DNA from: an uncultured Actinomycetes bacterium
GTDB taxonomy: Bacteria > Actinomycetota > Acidimicrobiia > Spongiisociales > DATADW01
Direction: 5' to 3'
Length of the DNA: 64,000 bases
Assembly: GCA_963824995.1 (NCBI GenBank)
Contig: CAWGRK010000002.1
Location: forward strand, 248,001 to 312,000
Within the stretch, counting starts at the first letter, position 1, and each line of letters opens with the position of its first letter. Shown here in pieces: positions 1 through 9,944 of this stretch. Below the pieces are notes generated by a model, which was given only the letters and a program-made list of their open reading frames with translations, searched no databases and had not been told where the DNA came from. The position numbers and the translations under genes are program-made.

Positions 1-116
1 TGCGCCAGTTCGATGCCGGAGTGCTCCAGCCCCCCCAGGACCAAAGCGGCGACGTCGTCCCCCGGACTCGCCTCGGGGATCCCGGCCACGGGCATGACAG
101 TCACCGTGCCGGTCAC
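1..116 (-). CDS. cofE: coenzyme F420-0:L-glutamate ligase, 5' part only (runs off window start)
   Basis: GTG at 116 overlaps the cofD stop (GTGA); reads MTGTVTVMPVAGIPEASPGDDVAALVL, like the CofE/FbiB N-terminus; lies directly after cofD. Confidence 0.75.
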   Translation of the reverse strand, partial: MTGTVTVMPVAGIPEASPGDDVAALVLGGLEHSGIELA

Positions 117-1033
117 TTCAGCAATCCGACCAGCCATCGGGCGAACTGCTCGGCGCGTTCCGGCTCGGCTATCCGGGTGTCGGACACATGGATGTCGAGC
201 CCGGCCCGGCGCAGGGCGGTCGCCTCCTCACCGTCGGAGCGGTCAATGATCAGGTCGCTGAGCAACCCGTCGTAGGCAGCGATCACCCCGGCATTTCCCC
301 TCGGGTAGCCGAGCCCGGCCAGTACCCGGTGAGCTGGGCCTTTGAGCGCCTCCCCACCGAAGAGCGGGGAGATCCCGATCACCCGGTCGACCGCCGCGAT
401 CGCCTGCTCGAGTCCAGGCACCGCCAGGATCGGCCAAATGGAGAGCGGCGGGTTGGATGGCGCGATTATCACGGTATCGGCGGATCCCAGCGCGCCGAGG
501 ACCCCAGGAGCGGGACTCGCCGACGCCGCCCCATCGAATCGCAGATCCGATACCTCGTCGCGCTGCTTGCGATGGACGAAGTAGTCCTGGAAAGTCAGCC
601 ACTGTCCGTCTCCGGTGGCGACTCTCGTCCTCAACGGTTGATCGGTTGCGGGCAGGACGGTGACTGTCACGCCGAACCGGGCGGCAAGCTCGGAGACGAT
701 TGTCGAAAGCGGCTGGCGCTGGCGCAACCGGAGGGTCCGGTAGAGGTTGGTGGCGAGGTCCGAATCCCCGATCGCAAACGTCGTGTCGATGCCGAGTTTG
801 GCGAGGTGGCCCATCACCTCCCATGAATCGCCGGCTCGTCCCCATCCCTCAGGCCCTTCGATTCCGGCGAGGGTGTAGATGACCGTGTCGAGGTCCGGGG
901 ATACGTGCAGACCGTAGGCGACCTCGTCGTCGCCGACATTCACCACCATCGTCGTTTCCACGTCCCCGAGCCGCGCCAACCCCCGCCCCAGCCGGGCCCC
1001 TCCGACACCACCCGAGAGCACGACAACCCTCAT
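113..1033 (-). CDS. cofD: 2-phospho-L-lactate transferase
   Basis: MRVVVLSGGVGGARL, VNVGDD, SPDLDTVIYTLAG, FQDYFV, IIAPSNP and ALKGPA motifs. Confidence 0.93.
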   Translation of the reverse strand: MRVVVLSGGVGGARLGRGLARLGDVETTMVVNVGDDEVAYGLHVSPDLDTVIYTLAGIEGPEGWGRAGDSWEVMGHLAKLGIDTTFAIGDSDLATNLYRTLRLRQRQPLSTIVSELAARFGVTVTVLPATDQPLRTRVATGDGQWLTFQDYFVHRKQRDEVSDLRFDGAASASPAPGVLGALGSADTVIIAPSNPPLSIWPILAVPGLEQAIAAVDRVIGISPLFGGEALKGPAHRVLAGLGYPRGNAGVIAAYDGLLSDLIIDRSDGEEATALRRAGLDIHVSDTRIAEPERAEQFARWLVGLLK

Positions 1034-1144
1034 CGAACGGGCAAAGGTAGTCAGAGAAATGACGGCAGACGGCGGACGGCGGCGATTCTGACCGCAGACC
1101 GTCTGCCGTCTCGGTATTGCCTCGCGTACCTGATCCAAGGCACA

Positions 1145-4012
1145 ATGTCTGCTCCGATGTCGATTCCCGAGATCCCCGCGCCGGCGGGGAGCCTCTCCGA
1201 CCGGGCCACCGTGGTCGTAGCCCTGCTGGCCCGCGCCGGCGGGTTCCTCGACGAGACGCTCCAAGCCGTATACGCCCAGACGCACACCCCGCTGGAGGTT
1301 TTCGTTGTCGGCGGCGATCAGACACGGACCAGCGGAATGGGCCGGTTGCCGTGGGTACCGGACCTTGCCGAGTTGGTGGAACGTCTCGACCCGCTGGCGA
1401 CGCACGTCTGGCTCATCCATGACGACGCTCGCCCGCACCCCGATGCATTGGCCGCCATGGTCGCGGACAGTGAGCGCGTCGAGGCGTCGGTGGTCGGCTC
1501 CAAGATCTTGCGTCACGGCGAGATGCTCGAATCGGTCGGATCGGCGACCGACGTGTTTGGTCAGCCATCGTCCGGGTTGGAAGACGACGAGATCGATCAG
1601 GAGCAGTACGACGTCGTAAGGGACGTCTCCTACATCTCGAACGTGTCGATGCTGGTGCGGCGCGACCTGCTGCGCGGAGTCGGCGGCCTCGACGGAAAAA
1701 TGCCGCAGGACTCACAAAGCATCGACTTCTCACAGAGGGCACGCGTCGCAGGAGGGAGGGTGGTGGTGGCGCCGGCCTCCGAAGTCGAGCACCACGCCGC
1801 CTGTGTGCGCGATGTGCCTTCTTGGAGGGAACAAGCGGGGAGGATCCGGGCGGCGCTGGTCGCCTACCGGCCGTGGACGTTGTTGTGGGTCATCCCGACG
1901 TTGTGGTTCATTGGGCTGATCGACGGTCTGGTCAGGCTCTTCCTGACTCCCCGCATCCGGCTCTTCGACTGGTTCCGCGCCTGGCTGTGGAACCTGGGGA
2001 TGATCCCCTCGACTCTCCAGGCGCGCCGGGCGGCACAGAAACACCGTCAGGTCGGTGATGAGGAGCTGTTCCGCTTCCAGGTCTCAGGGTCGGTGGCGAT
2101 GCGGCGGCTGGCCGACGACTTCGCCTTGAGGCTCGACCGTAGAGCGGGCGAGGACCTTCCCGTGGAGCTGGAGGCGCTGTTCGGCGCCCGGCGCTCGATG
2201 TGGCAGCGTCCCTCTTTCCTGGTCTCGCTGGGGAGCGCGCTCGTTCTGGGGCTGGCGGCGCGAGGGCTGCTGTCCGGGCAGCTTCCCGCCGGTGGCTTTG
2301 CCTTACCTTTGCGGGAAACGGCCTCGGCGACGCTTGTGTCGTTTGCAGGAGGTTGGAACTTCGGCGGTCTTGGCTCGCCCGAAGCGCTTCATCCGGCGGT
2401 GGGGGCGCTCGCCGGGCTCCAGGCGCTGGTCTTCGGGAACGAGGGGCTCGCCGTGGCTCTGGCCACCATCATCGCCCTTCTGGCCGGCGCAATCGGAATG
2501 ACCCGGCTGCTCGGCCGATTCGGCCTGGGGGCCTGGGCCCGCGCCATCGGCGGTCTGGTCCTTCTCGCCGGTCCCGTGGCCACGGCGCTCACCGGCGCCG
2601 GGTATTGGCCGGCGGTGATGGCGCTCGGAGCCATCCCCTGGACGGTCCTTCCCGCTTTCCTTCCACGGTCGACGAGTTGGCGGGCGCGGGTTGGACGGGC
2701 CGCAGGCTGGCTGCTGGCAGTGGCAATCCTGGCGGCGTTCGCACCGGTCGCCCTATTGGCTCCGGTGGTTGCCCTCTTGGGCGGTTGGCTGATGGGCGCA
2801 GGCTCGATCCGCCCGATCGGGAGAGCGCTCATCGTCACCGTCTTCGGCGGCATCGTGCTTTTCCCCTGGGCGCTCGACGCCATACCGGGTGTGCTGCGCG
2901 ATGGCGCGGGGATCACATGGTCACCGGCCCTGTGGATGCTGGTGGCGGCCGGGGTGGCATTGGTGGCGGCGGTCATCGGTGGTGACCGGATCGAGTCGGC
3001 GCTGGCAGCCTGGGGCGGGCTGCTGGCCACGATGGGCGTCTTGCTCTCCAGGATGGGCCTGGGGCGAGAGCCCTCGATCGCCGGCCTGGTGATGGCTTCA
3101 CTCGGGTTGGCGGTCGTGGTCGCCGTCGCGGTCGACCTCCCGAGACGCCGCGAAGAGCGGTCACGGCAGGTCGCCTTCAGTTGGATCGCCTGTCTCGCCG
3201 GGCTGGTGGTCACGGCGAGCGTTGCCCTCGTGATGGTGGATGGGAGGTTGGGTCTGCCGCCGGACCGGCTGACCGAGGCGCTCGAGTTCACCGAGACACT
3301 CTCCGAACCACATGGGCCAGACCGGATCCTCCTCGTCGGGGAGCTTGCCGATATGCCCGGAGAAGCGAGGCAGGCGCCATCGGGCTACGCCTACCGGGTC
3401 GTATCGGCACCGCTCCCCACCCTCGACGAAGCGTGGCTGGCGGCACCTCTGCCGGGTGATGACGAGCTGGCCGCCGTCCTCGCCGGGATCGAACAGGGAC
3501 GCATCCTCCGCCCAGGGGCCGCTCTGGCGCCGTTCGGAATCCGGTGGGTGGTCTTCCTCAGCCCCACGATCCTGTCCGAAGGGTTCCGGACGCAGCTCGA
3601 CATGGCCCCGCTCAACCTGGCCGAGGACACTGCGTCCTATCAGAACGAGGTACCGAGCCCACGCGCCAGCACCCTGGAAGGGCGGCCGTGGAGGTTCGAG
3701 CCACCCCGATACACCGGTGCTGCGCAGCCGGATGGCCGCGTGATCATTGCGGAGAGCGCCGATCCGCGGTGGGGCGAGGAGTGGTCCGAAGCAGGGTGGC
3801 GAAACGAGGTCTCGGCGCCCGACGGCTCAGCCGAGTTCGCCCATGACTCGGTCCGCCGGCTCCTGGCCATCGCGGCCGCAGTGGTCGTTGTGGCCAGCGC
3901 GGTGGTCGCTATCTGGGGTGGGGGAGCGAACGGGAGGCGGACCGACCCCGGACTGCCGGAACCGCAACCCGACAGCGCGCCTGTCCCCGAGCCGGTTGGC
4001 GGTGGCCGATGA
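1145..4012 (+). CDS. large GT2 glycosyltransferase with multi-pass membrane C-terminal region
   Basis: WLIHDDARP, MLVRRDLLRGVGGLD, then many hydrophobic segments; adjacent to a DUF5719-type gene as in other actinobacteria. Confidence 0.8.
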   Translation: MSAPMSIPEIPAPAGSLSDRATVVVALLARAGGFLDETLQAVYAQTHTPLEVFVVGGDQTRTSGMGRLPWVPDLAELVERLDPLATHVWLIHDDARPHPDALAAMVADSERVEASVVGSKILRHGEMLESVGSATDVFGQPSSGLEDDEIDQEQYDVVRDVSYISNVSMLVRRDLLRGVGGLDGKMPQDSQSIDFSQRARVAGGRVVVAPASEVEHHAACVRDVPSWREQAGRIRAALVAYRPWTLLWVIPTLWFIGLIDGLVRLFLTPRIRLFDWFRAWLWNLGMIPSTLQARRAAQKHRQVGDEELFRFQVSGSVAMRRLADDFALRLDRRAGEDLPVELEALFGARRSMWQRPSFLVSLGSALVLGLAARGLLSGQLPAGGFALPLRETASATLVSFAGGWNFGGLGSPEALHPAVGALAGLQALVFGNEGLAVALATIIALLAGAIGMTRLLGRFGLGAWARAIGGLVLLAGPVATALTGAGYWPAVMALGAIPWTVLPAFLPRSTSWRARVGRAAGWLLAVAILAAFAPVALLAPVVALLGGWLMGAGSIRPIGRALIVTVFGGIVLFPWALDAIPGVLRDGAGITWSPALWMLVAAGVALVAAVIGGDRIESALAAWGGLLATMGVLLSRMGLGREPSIAGLVMASLGLAVVVAVAVDLPRRREERSRQVAFSWIACLAGLVVTASVALVMVDGRLGLPPDRLTEALEFTETLSEPHGPDRILLVGELADMPGEARQAPSGYAYRVVSAPLPTLDEAWLAAPLPGDDELAAVLAGIEQGRILRPGAALAPFGIRWVVFLSPTILSEGFRTQLDMAPLNLAEDTASYQNEVPSPRASTLEGRPWRFEPPRYTGAAQPDGRVIIAESADPRWGEEWSEAGWRNEVSAPDGSAEFAHDSVRRLLAIAAAVVVVASAVVAIWGGGANGRRTDPGLPEPQPDSAPVPEPVGGGR

Positions 4013-5310
4013 GGCGCTCGCTGTCCCTGATCGCGATCCTCGCCTTGGCGGCGGCGGCTTGGGCGCTCCCGGGAGCGGGAACCGAGCAGCCGGTCGAAGC
4101 CACACCGTTGATAGATCGCCAGGTTCAGGCGGTTTGCCCGTTCCTGGCGGCCACCGACACCTTCAACACCACCATGGGTGTCCTGGCACCGGGGGCCAAG
4201 ACGGCCACCGTCTCCTGGCCAGTGGTGGGCGACGTGGCAGCCACCACCCGGGTGCGGCTGATCGATGGCGGGGGCCGGGTCGATCCCACGGAGGTGCCCC
4301 TGTCGGGCGTGGTCTCGGCGGTGGTCGAGGTACCGGGTGAGTCCGCTGCCGCCGCGGTCGCAGCTCGTGGCGAGGGGTCGAGGGCCGCCGACACCTGCCC
4401 GGTGAGCCTGCCCGACATCTGGTATCTCCCCGGAGGCTCCACAGAGCCCGGCCAGGCGCTCGAACTCCACCTCGCAAACCCGTTCCCCAGCGACGCCGTC
4501 GTCTCGGTGCGGGCCTCGAGCAACCTGGGCGTCGAGGCCGACGCCGCCCTAGACAGTTTCGCAGTCCCTGCCCGGTCGACGCGGTCGGTCGATCTCTCCT
4601 CAACCTTCGAGTTCCGTGACTCGCTCTCGGTGGTCGTCCAGCCCGTGGAGGGTCATGTCATTCCCGCAATGACCCAGGTCGGCGAAGGTGATATGGCCGT
4701 TTGGAGTGGGACTCCCGGGAGCCGAAATATCGAGCTCCCCGTGACACGTACTCAAGAAGGCCAGCAGGCGTGGCTTGTCCTGGTCACCGACTCGCCCACT
4801 CCGGTTGGTTACACCGTCGACATCGCCACCGACAAGGGTGGGACTCCGACGGTGTTCGAGGGGGAGATCGACCCCTCGGGGCAGGTCCGGATCCCGCTCC
4901 GCCAGATCTTCAGCGATGAGGAGATGTTCGGGATACGGGTGACTGCCACCACCGACATCGGTGCGGCGGTGGTCGTCAGAGATCGGGGGGAAGGCCAGAG
5001 CGTGGCCACCGGGGCCGCAGTGCTCGGCTCGACCTGGCTCCTGCCGGGGATACCTCTGACCGGAGCGACCAGGCAGCTCTGGTTGATGAACACCGGTCCC
5101 GAGCCGATCGAGGTCATGTTCCGGGCGCTGGGCCGAGGTGAGGCCAAAGGAACCGTCAGGGTCATGCCCGGTTCGCGGCGGACGATCAGTTTGAACCGCT
5201 CCACGGGTCGCGGCTTGCTGGTGGAATCGACCGGTCCGCTGTCAGTGGGGTGGAGCGTGGTGGCCGACGAATACTTGACGGCCACGACGGGACTCCCCAT
5301 CGATGGATGA
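4009..5310 (+). CDS. secreted DUF5719-like protein
   Basis: signal peptide; WYLPGGST...LHLANPFPSDAVV motif; ATGA overlap with the GT2 gene. Confidence 0.7.
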   Translation: MRRSLSLIAILALAAAAWALPGAGTEQPVEATPLIDRQVQAVCPFLAATDTFNTTMGVLAPGAKTATVSWPVVGDVAATTRVRLIDGGGRVDPTEVPLSGVVSAVVEVPGESAAAAVAARGEGSRAADTCPVSLPDIWYLPGGSTEPGQALELHLANPFPSDAVVSVRASSNLGVEADAALDSFAVPARSTRSVDLSSTFEFRDSLSVVVQPVEGHVIPAMTQVGEGDMAVWSGTPGSRNIELPVTRTQEGQQAWLVLVTDSPTPVGYTVDIATDKGGTPTVFEGEIDPSGQVRIPLRQIFSDEEMFGIRVTATTDIGAAVVVRDRGEGQSVATGAAVLGSTWLLPGIPLTGATRQLWLMNTGPEPIEVMFRALGRGEAKGTVRVMPGSRRTISLNRSTGRGLLVESTGPLSVGWSVVADEYLTATTGLPIDG

Positions 5311-5674
5311 CCCGCTGGCGCGTCTCGGCTTGATCGTCCTGATCGGTCTGCTTGCGGTCGGGGCCGGTCTGCTCCTATCGCGCCGTCCGCGACCGGCCCG
5401 TCCACGGATCGAGGGGATGGCCCCCGGGGTGGTGGTCTTCGCCTCGCGCGGTTGTGACACTTGTGCCTCTGCCGAGACCGCGGTGCAATCGGCGGTCGGT
5501 GACCGCTACCGCCTCGTCGTCTGGGAGGACGACCCCGACACCTTCGCCCGCGTCGGGGTGAGGGCAGTGCCGTTGGTGGCGGTGATCGGACGGGAAGGAC
5601 TCGCTTGGTGGGTCGAGGGCTCACCAAAGCCGGCCCGTCTCCGTCGTGCCGCCCAGCGGGTCGCGGGCCGTTGA
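5303..5674 (+). CDS. membrane-anchored thioredoxin-fold protein
   Basis: N-terminal TM helix, VVVFASRGCDTC (CxxC), VRAVP cis-Pro motif. Confidence 0.7.
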   Translation: MDDPLARLGLIVLIGLLAVGAGLLLSRRPRPARPRIEGMAPGVVVFASRGCDTCASAETAVQSAVGDRYRLVVWEDDPDTFARVGVRAVPLVAVIGREGLAWWVEGSPKPARLRRAAQRVAGR

Positions 5675-5736
5675 GAAGGACTCTGCAGAGCGACGGTCCT
5701 TGCCCGTTGCTGCTGCGATGCGTACCTTGACGCCCC

Positions 5737-5958
5737 ATGCACAAGTGCGCACGATGTGGTGGCCCGGCTGGTGCGGTGATGGGCTACCACTATGCCTCCT
5801 CTGAGGTGTGGCTCGAGGACCTGGTGGAGCCACCCGAACCGGGAGCGGGGTATGCCCTGTGCCATCGTCATGCCGATCGGTTCCGTCCACCCATGGGGTG
5901 GACCCTGGCAGACCACCGGCATTCTCCCCGGCTCTTCGCTCCGCTCGAAGTGGCCTGA
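5737..5958 (+). CDS. DUF3499-like small zinc-binding protein
   Basis: CARC...YALCHRHADRFRPPMGW pattern; conserved position upstream of manB. Confidence 0.7.
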   Translation: MHKCARCGGPAGAVMGYHYASSEVWLEDLVEPPEPGAGYALCHRHADRFRPPMGWTLADHRHSPRLFAPLEVA

Positions 5959-5973
5959 GTCGAGGCTCATCCA

Positions 5974-6237
5974 ATGAGCCTCGACCGGGACCTGCTGGAT
6001 GCGGTGCGCGAACTCGACGAACACGAATTGCGCCGGCTGTTGATCCTGGCGAGGGCACGGCTCGAAGGCACCGGTAGATCGGTTCCCGACACCGAGGTAC
6101 GGCTGCGCAAGAGGTTCATCCGTTGCGGCAAGGCGGGGTGCACCCGGTGTCCCCATGGCCCCTACTGGTATGCCTACTGGCAGGAGGAGGGGCAGCGCCG
6201 CACCCGGTACATAGGGAAATTGCTCGACGAGGACTGA
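5974..6237 (+). CDS. DUF6788-like small protein (CGKxxCxxCPHGPYWY)
   Basis: RCGKAGCTRCPHGPYWYAYWQEEGQRRTRYIGK. Confidence 0.65.
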   Translation: MSLDRDLLDAVRELDEHELRRLLILARARLEGTGRSVPDTEVRLRKRFIRCGKAGCTRCPHGPYWYAYWQEEGQRRTRYIGKLLDED

Positions 6238-6377
6238 CTCACCGGTCTTTCAGTTCTCCGCGCCTGCAGCCGATTCCACCCATCGAGCACGAGCGGCCGA
6301 ATGCCGCATGGCGAACCAGCAATTCGTTAACAGCCCACACAGACCTCGTTGACCCGGCCCAGACTTACACTTCCGCA

Positions 6378-8708
6378 ATGCGCGCCACCGCCCCCGAGAT
6401 AGCCGCGGCTCCGGCACCTGCCGACCCGGCGCCTCGTTGGGTGGCGATTGTCGGGATCACCCTCACCAGCCTCCTGGTCCTGGCCGTCCTCCAACCCCAG
6501 CTGCTTGTCGTGGCGAATACGCCGTCGGGCGGTGACATGGGGGCACACGTGCTCGGCCCGGCCTTTCTACGCGACGTCCTCCTCCCCGAGGGAAAGGTGC
6601 TCGGGTGGTCGAACTCATGGTTCGCCGGGTTCCCCATCTTCTACTTCTACTTCCCGCTTCCCTCGTTGGTGATAGTCGCCCTCGACGTGCTTCTTCCCTA
6701 TGGGGTCGCCTTCAAGATCGTGACCGTCCTCGGACTTCTGGCGATGGCGCCGGCGGCCTACTTCTTCGCACGGTCCATGCGATTCAGCCGTACGACGGCC
6801 ACCGTGGCCGCGGCCGCCGCCGGCGCCTTCGTCTTCATGGAGAGCTACACGATCTATGGGGGGAACATCGCCTCCACCCTCGCTGGGGAGTTCTCCTACT
6901 CGTGGTCGTTCGCACTCTCGCTGGTGTACCTGGGGTTGCTGGTCAAGGCGGTCAAGGACGATCGGAGGTTCCTCCCGTGGGCCGCCGCCGCGCTGGCGGC
7001 CACCGCCCTGTGTCACGTGCTGACCACGCTGGTGGTGATCATCGCCTCGATCCCCGTCCTGTTGTGGAAGAGGGGGACAGGTCGGGCGATGACCGTTTGG
7101 ATCTGGGGCTTCTTCATCGCCGCCTTCTGGGCATTGCCGCTGGTCATGCGGATTGGGCTCACCTCGGACATGGCGTGGACTCCACTGAGCCAGTGGTCCG
7201 ACCTCTTTCCCGTGGACGCATGGCTGGTGATCCCACTTGCCGTCGTCGGGGTGGTCTGGTCACTACGTCGCACCGCGCGGGTGGTGCCCGCCGTTGTGGC
7301 GACCCTCATCCCGCTTGTCTATTTCTGGATCCCGGTGGTCCTCCCCGACCTGATCCCGGGATTGGGTGACCGGTGGAAACTGTGGAACGGCCGGCTTCTT
7401 CCCTACTGGTTCTTCGGTATCTACCTCTTCGCCGGGTTGGCGGTCGGTTTGGCCGGCGACGCCCTGCTGCGCCGTCTCCCCGAGAGGATGTCGTCGTGGT
7501 GGCCGCGGGCGCTACTGGTGGTCGGGGCCGCCGCGGCGTTCATCGTCACCTCTACAACCGACGCCCTGCCCATATGGGTCCGATGGGTGGCGCCGATGCC
7601 CTTCGCCCTCGCTCTCATAGGCTCTTTCGCTCTGCCACGTCGGGTTTCGGTTCGCCCCGTGCTGACCATCTCGCTCGTCGTCCTTCTCATCGGCGGAGGC
7701 TTGGCCGGGGTGAGCTTTGTCAACGGATGGGCGCGCTGGAACTACTCGGGGTACGAGGCCAAGGAGGGATGGCCGGAGTACGAGCAACTGATGCGGGTAA
7801 TGGACTCGCTTCCTTCGGGGAGGGTGCAGTGGGAGGCGAACGGCGACCTGGAGCGCTACGGCACACCCATGTCTCCGATGCTCTTCCCGTACTGGACGGA
7901 GTGGACCCACCCGTCGATGGAAGGTCTCTTCTTCGAGTCGTCGATCACAACCCCCTTCCATTTCCTCAACCACGCCGAGATGAGCTACAAGCCCTCCAAC
8001 CCCATCCCCGGGCTCAACTACCACACCTTCGACTTCGAGCGGGGTGTGGAGCACCTGGGCATTTACGGGGTGAGCTACTACGTGTCGTTCACAGAGGAGG
8101 CCGCTGCCGAGGCAGAGCAGACCGAAGGGCTGACGCTGGTAGCCGAGACCGCTCCATTCAAGATCTACGAGTTGCCCCCGTCGTCGCTGGTGGACGTGGC
8201 CACCAACATTCCCTCGGTGTACGAGGAACCCGACGGCGGCATCCTCTCTGCCCAGGGGACCGAGGAGGTGGCGGCCCCCACCTTCGAGGAGTTCGCCCTC
8301 GAGTGGTACGACGACATAGGTGCCATGGACGAGTGGGTTGCTGCCGATGGGCCGGCGGAGTGGCCGCGGATCACGAGCCTGGACGAACGGACTGCCACGC
8401 CCGTAGCGGGCGGCGGCGAGGTGTCCGACGTCGTCATCGACGACGAGCGGATCAGTTTCCGGACGACAGCGGTGGGCGTGCCCCACCTTGTCAAGGTCTC
8501 CTACTTTCCCAACTGGACGGCTGAAGGAGCCGAGGGACCCTGGCGTGCGGCTCCCTCCCTGATGATGGTGGTGCCGACCCAGGAAGAGGTCGTGCTCGAG
8601 TTCCAGAACACCTGGGTGGAGACGACCGGGTTGGTCCTCAGCGCCGTCGGGATCGCCGGCCTCGCCGCCTGGGGGCTCGTCTGGCGGCGGAGGAGGGCGG
8701 CGCGGTGA
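6378..8708 (+). CDS. GT-C-like integral membrane protein (PTPS-related/YfhO-like)
   Basis: GGDMGAH, WFAGFPIFYFYFPLP, many TM segments, VKVSYFPNW near the C-terminus; TACACT shortly before the ATG. Confidence 0.75.
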   Translation: MRATAPEIAAAPAPADPAPRWVAIVGITLTSLLVLAVLQPQLLVVANTPSGGDMGAHVLGPAFLRDVLLPEGKVLGWSNSWFAGFPIFYFYFPLPSLVIVALDVLLPYGVAFKIVTVLGLLAMAPAAYFFARSMRFSRTTATVAAAAAGAFVFMESYTIYGGNIASTLAGEFSYSWSFALSLVYLGLLVKAVKDDRRFLPWAAAALAATALCHVLTTLVVIIASIPVLLWKRGTGRAMTVWIWGFFIAAFWALPLVMRIGLTSDMAWTPLSQWSDLFPVDAWLVIPLAVVGVVWSLRRTARVVPAVVATLIPLVYFWIPVVLPDLIPGLGDRWKLWNGRLLPYWFFGIYLFAGLAVGLAGDALLRRLPERMSSWWPRALLVVGAAAAFIVTSTTDALPIWVRWVAPMPFALALIGSFALPRRVSVRPVLTISLVVLLIGGGLAGVSFVNGWARWNYSGYEAKEGWPEYEQLMRVMDSLPSGRVQWEANGDLERYGTPMSPMLFPYWTEWTHPSMEGLFFESSITTPFHFLNHAEMSYKPSNPIPGLNYHTFDFERGVEHLGIYGVSYYVSFTEEAAAEAEQTEGLTLVAETAPFKIYELPPSSLVDVATNIPSVYEEPDGGILSAQGTEEVAAPTFEEFALEWYDDIGAMDEWVAADGPAEWPRITSLDERTATPVAGGGEVSDVVIDDERISFRTTAVGVPHLVKVSYFPNWTAEGAEGPWRAAPSLMMVVPTQEEVVLEFQNTWVETTGLVLSAVGIAGLAAWGLVWRRRRAAR

Positions 8709-9178
8709 AGAACTACCTAGCCAGCTTCGCCACCAGGGAGACCATGGGGCAGTTCATGAGAATGGCTGTCATCGGGTTGTTCAACACCCTCACCTATTTC
8801 GCCCTGTTCAACCTGTTCAGGTTCGCCGTCGGCTGGACCACCTTCTGGTCGGTGACCGCTGCTTTCGCCATCGCCACCGGATGCTCATATGTGCTCAACC
8901 GACGCTGGACTTTCCGTCTTGGTCGCAACACCGGGTCTTGGGGCGAATCCGGGTCGTTCTACATGGTCAATGCCCTCTCCTGGGCTGCCACCGTCGCTGT
9001 GGTCAAGGGTGCCGAGCTCATCTGGCCGGGTCTCGGGCCTCTCGGGCTCAACATGGCGAACCTGGTCGCCACCGGGATAGTTCTCCTCCCGAAGTTCGCC
9101 GCCTATCGCGATCTGGTGTTCCACCGCTCGCTCCGCAGCGTGGACGCAGAGGACCGCGTCGTTCCCGGGGAGAACTAG
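8705..9178 (+). CDS. GtrA family flippase
   Basis: four TM segments, QFMRMAVIG and YVLNRRWTF motifs. Confidence 0.85.
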   Translation: MKNYLASFATRETMGQFMRMAVIGLFNTLTYFALFNLFRFAVGWTTFWSVTAAFAIATGCSYVLNRRWTFRLGRNTGSWGESGSFYMVNALSWAATVAVVKGAELIWPGLGPLGLNMANLVATGIVLLPKFAAYRDLVFHRSLRSVDAEDRVVPGEN

Positions 9179-9888
9179 AGCTCCTCAGAGTCGGCCAGGA
9201 GCAGCCGCCGCATCTCCCATAGCCCGCGCAGTGTCCTGGGTATCCGGCTGAGAAATGGGGAGCGTGCCTCGCGCAACTCCTCTACCACCACGGGGACCTC
9301 ACGGATCCGTTTTCCCGCCCTCTCCGCCCGCAGCACCAACTCGGTGTCGAAGAGGTCCTTTCGACTCACCACCTTTGGGGCGAACTCGGCGACAACGTCT
9401 GCCCTGAATGCCTTCATCCCGTGGGTGTCACTGACCGACGACCCGAAGAGCAACCAGAGAAGTCGGTTGAAGCCGAAGGTACCTAGTCGCCGCAAGGGGG
9501 ACCGTCGGTCCTCCGAACCTTCCACCCGCTTCGAGGCGATCACGATGTCGGCCTCCGCATGATCGGTGAGGACGGTGGCCAGGAACGGACCGGAGAAGTA
9601 GTCGATGTCGAAGTTGACCACCCAGTCGCCGGTGGCGGCGAGAAACCCGGCACGCATCGACGCCCCGTAGTCGGGTTCGTCGTGCTGGATGACGGTGAGA
9701 GCCGGCCAGCGATCGGCGAGGGCCGCAGCGCGTCGATAGGTGTCATCGGTCGAGCCGTTCTCGACCAGGGTGACGCCCACGTCGGCATCCACCGCCTCCA
9801 GCTGGCCGAACAGGGTCTCGAGGGCGGAGGCGAGGATCTCCGCCTCGTTGTGGACGGGGATGACCACGGTGACTGTCGGTCGGCTCAT
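9175..9888 (-). CDS. GT2 glycosyltransferase (polyprenol-phosphate glycosyltransferase-like)
   Basis: VVIPVHNEA, ENGSTDDT, FDID, SDTHGMKAF, FDTELVLRAER. Confidence 0.88.
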   Translation of the reverse strand: MSRPTVTVVIPVHNEAEILASALETLFGQLEAVDADVGVTLVENGSTDDTYRRAAALADRWPALTVIQHDEPDYGASMRAGFLAATGDWVVNFDIDYFSGPFLATVLTDHAEADIVIASKRVEGSEDRRSPLRRLGTFGFNRLLWLLFGSSVSDTHGMKAFRADVVAEFAPKVVSRKDLFDTELVLRAERAGKRIREVPVVVEELREARSPFLSRIPRTLRGLWEMRRLLLADSEEL

Positions 9889-9944
9889 ACCGGCGGCGAG
9901 TGTACGAACGCGGCGAAGGTGAGCTTGCATAGGATGAGCGGCCG

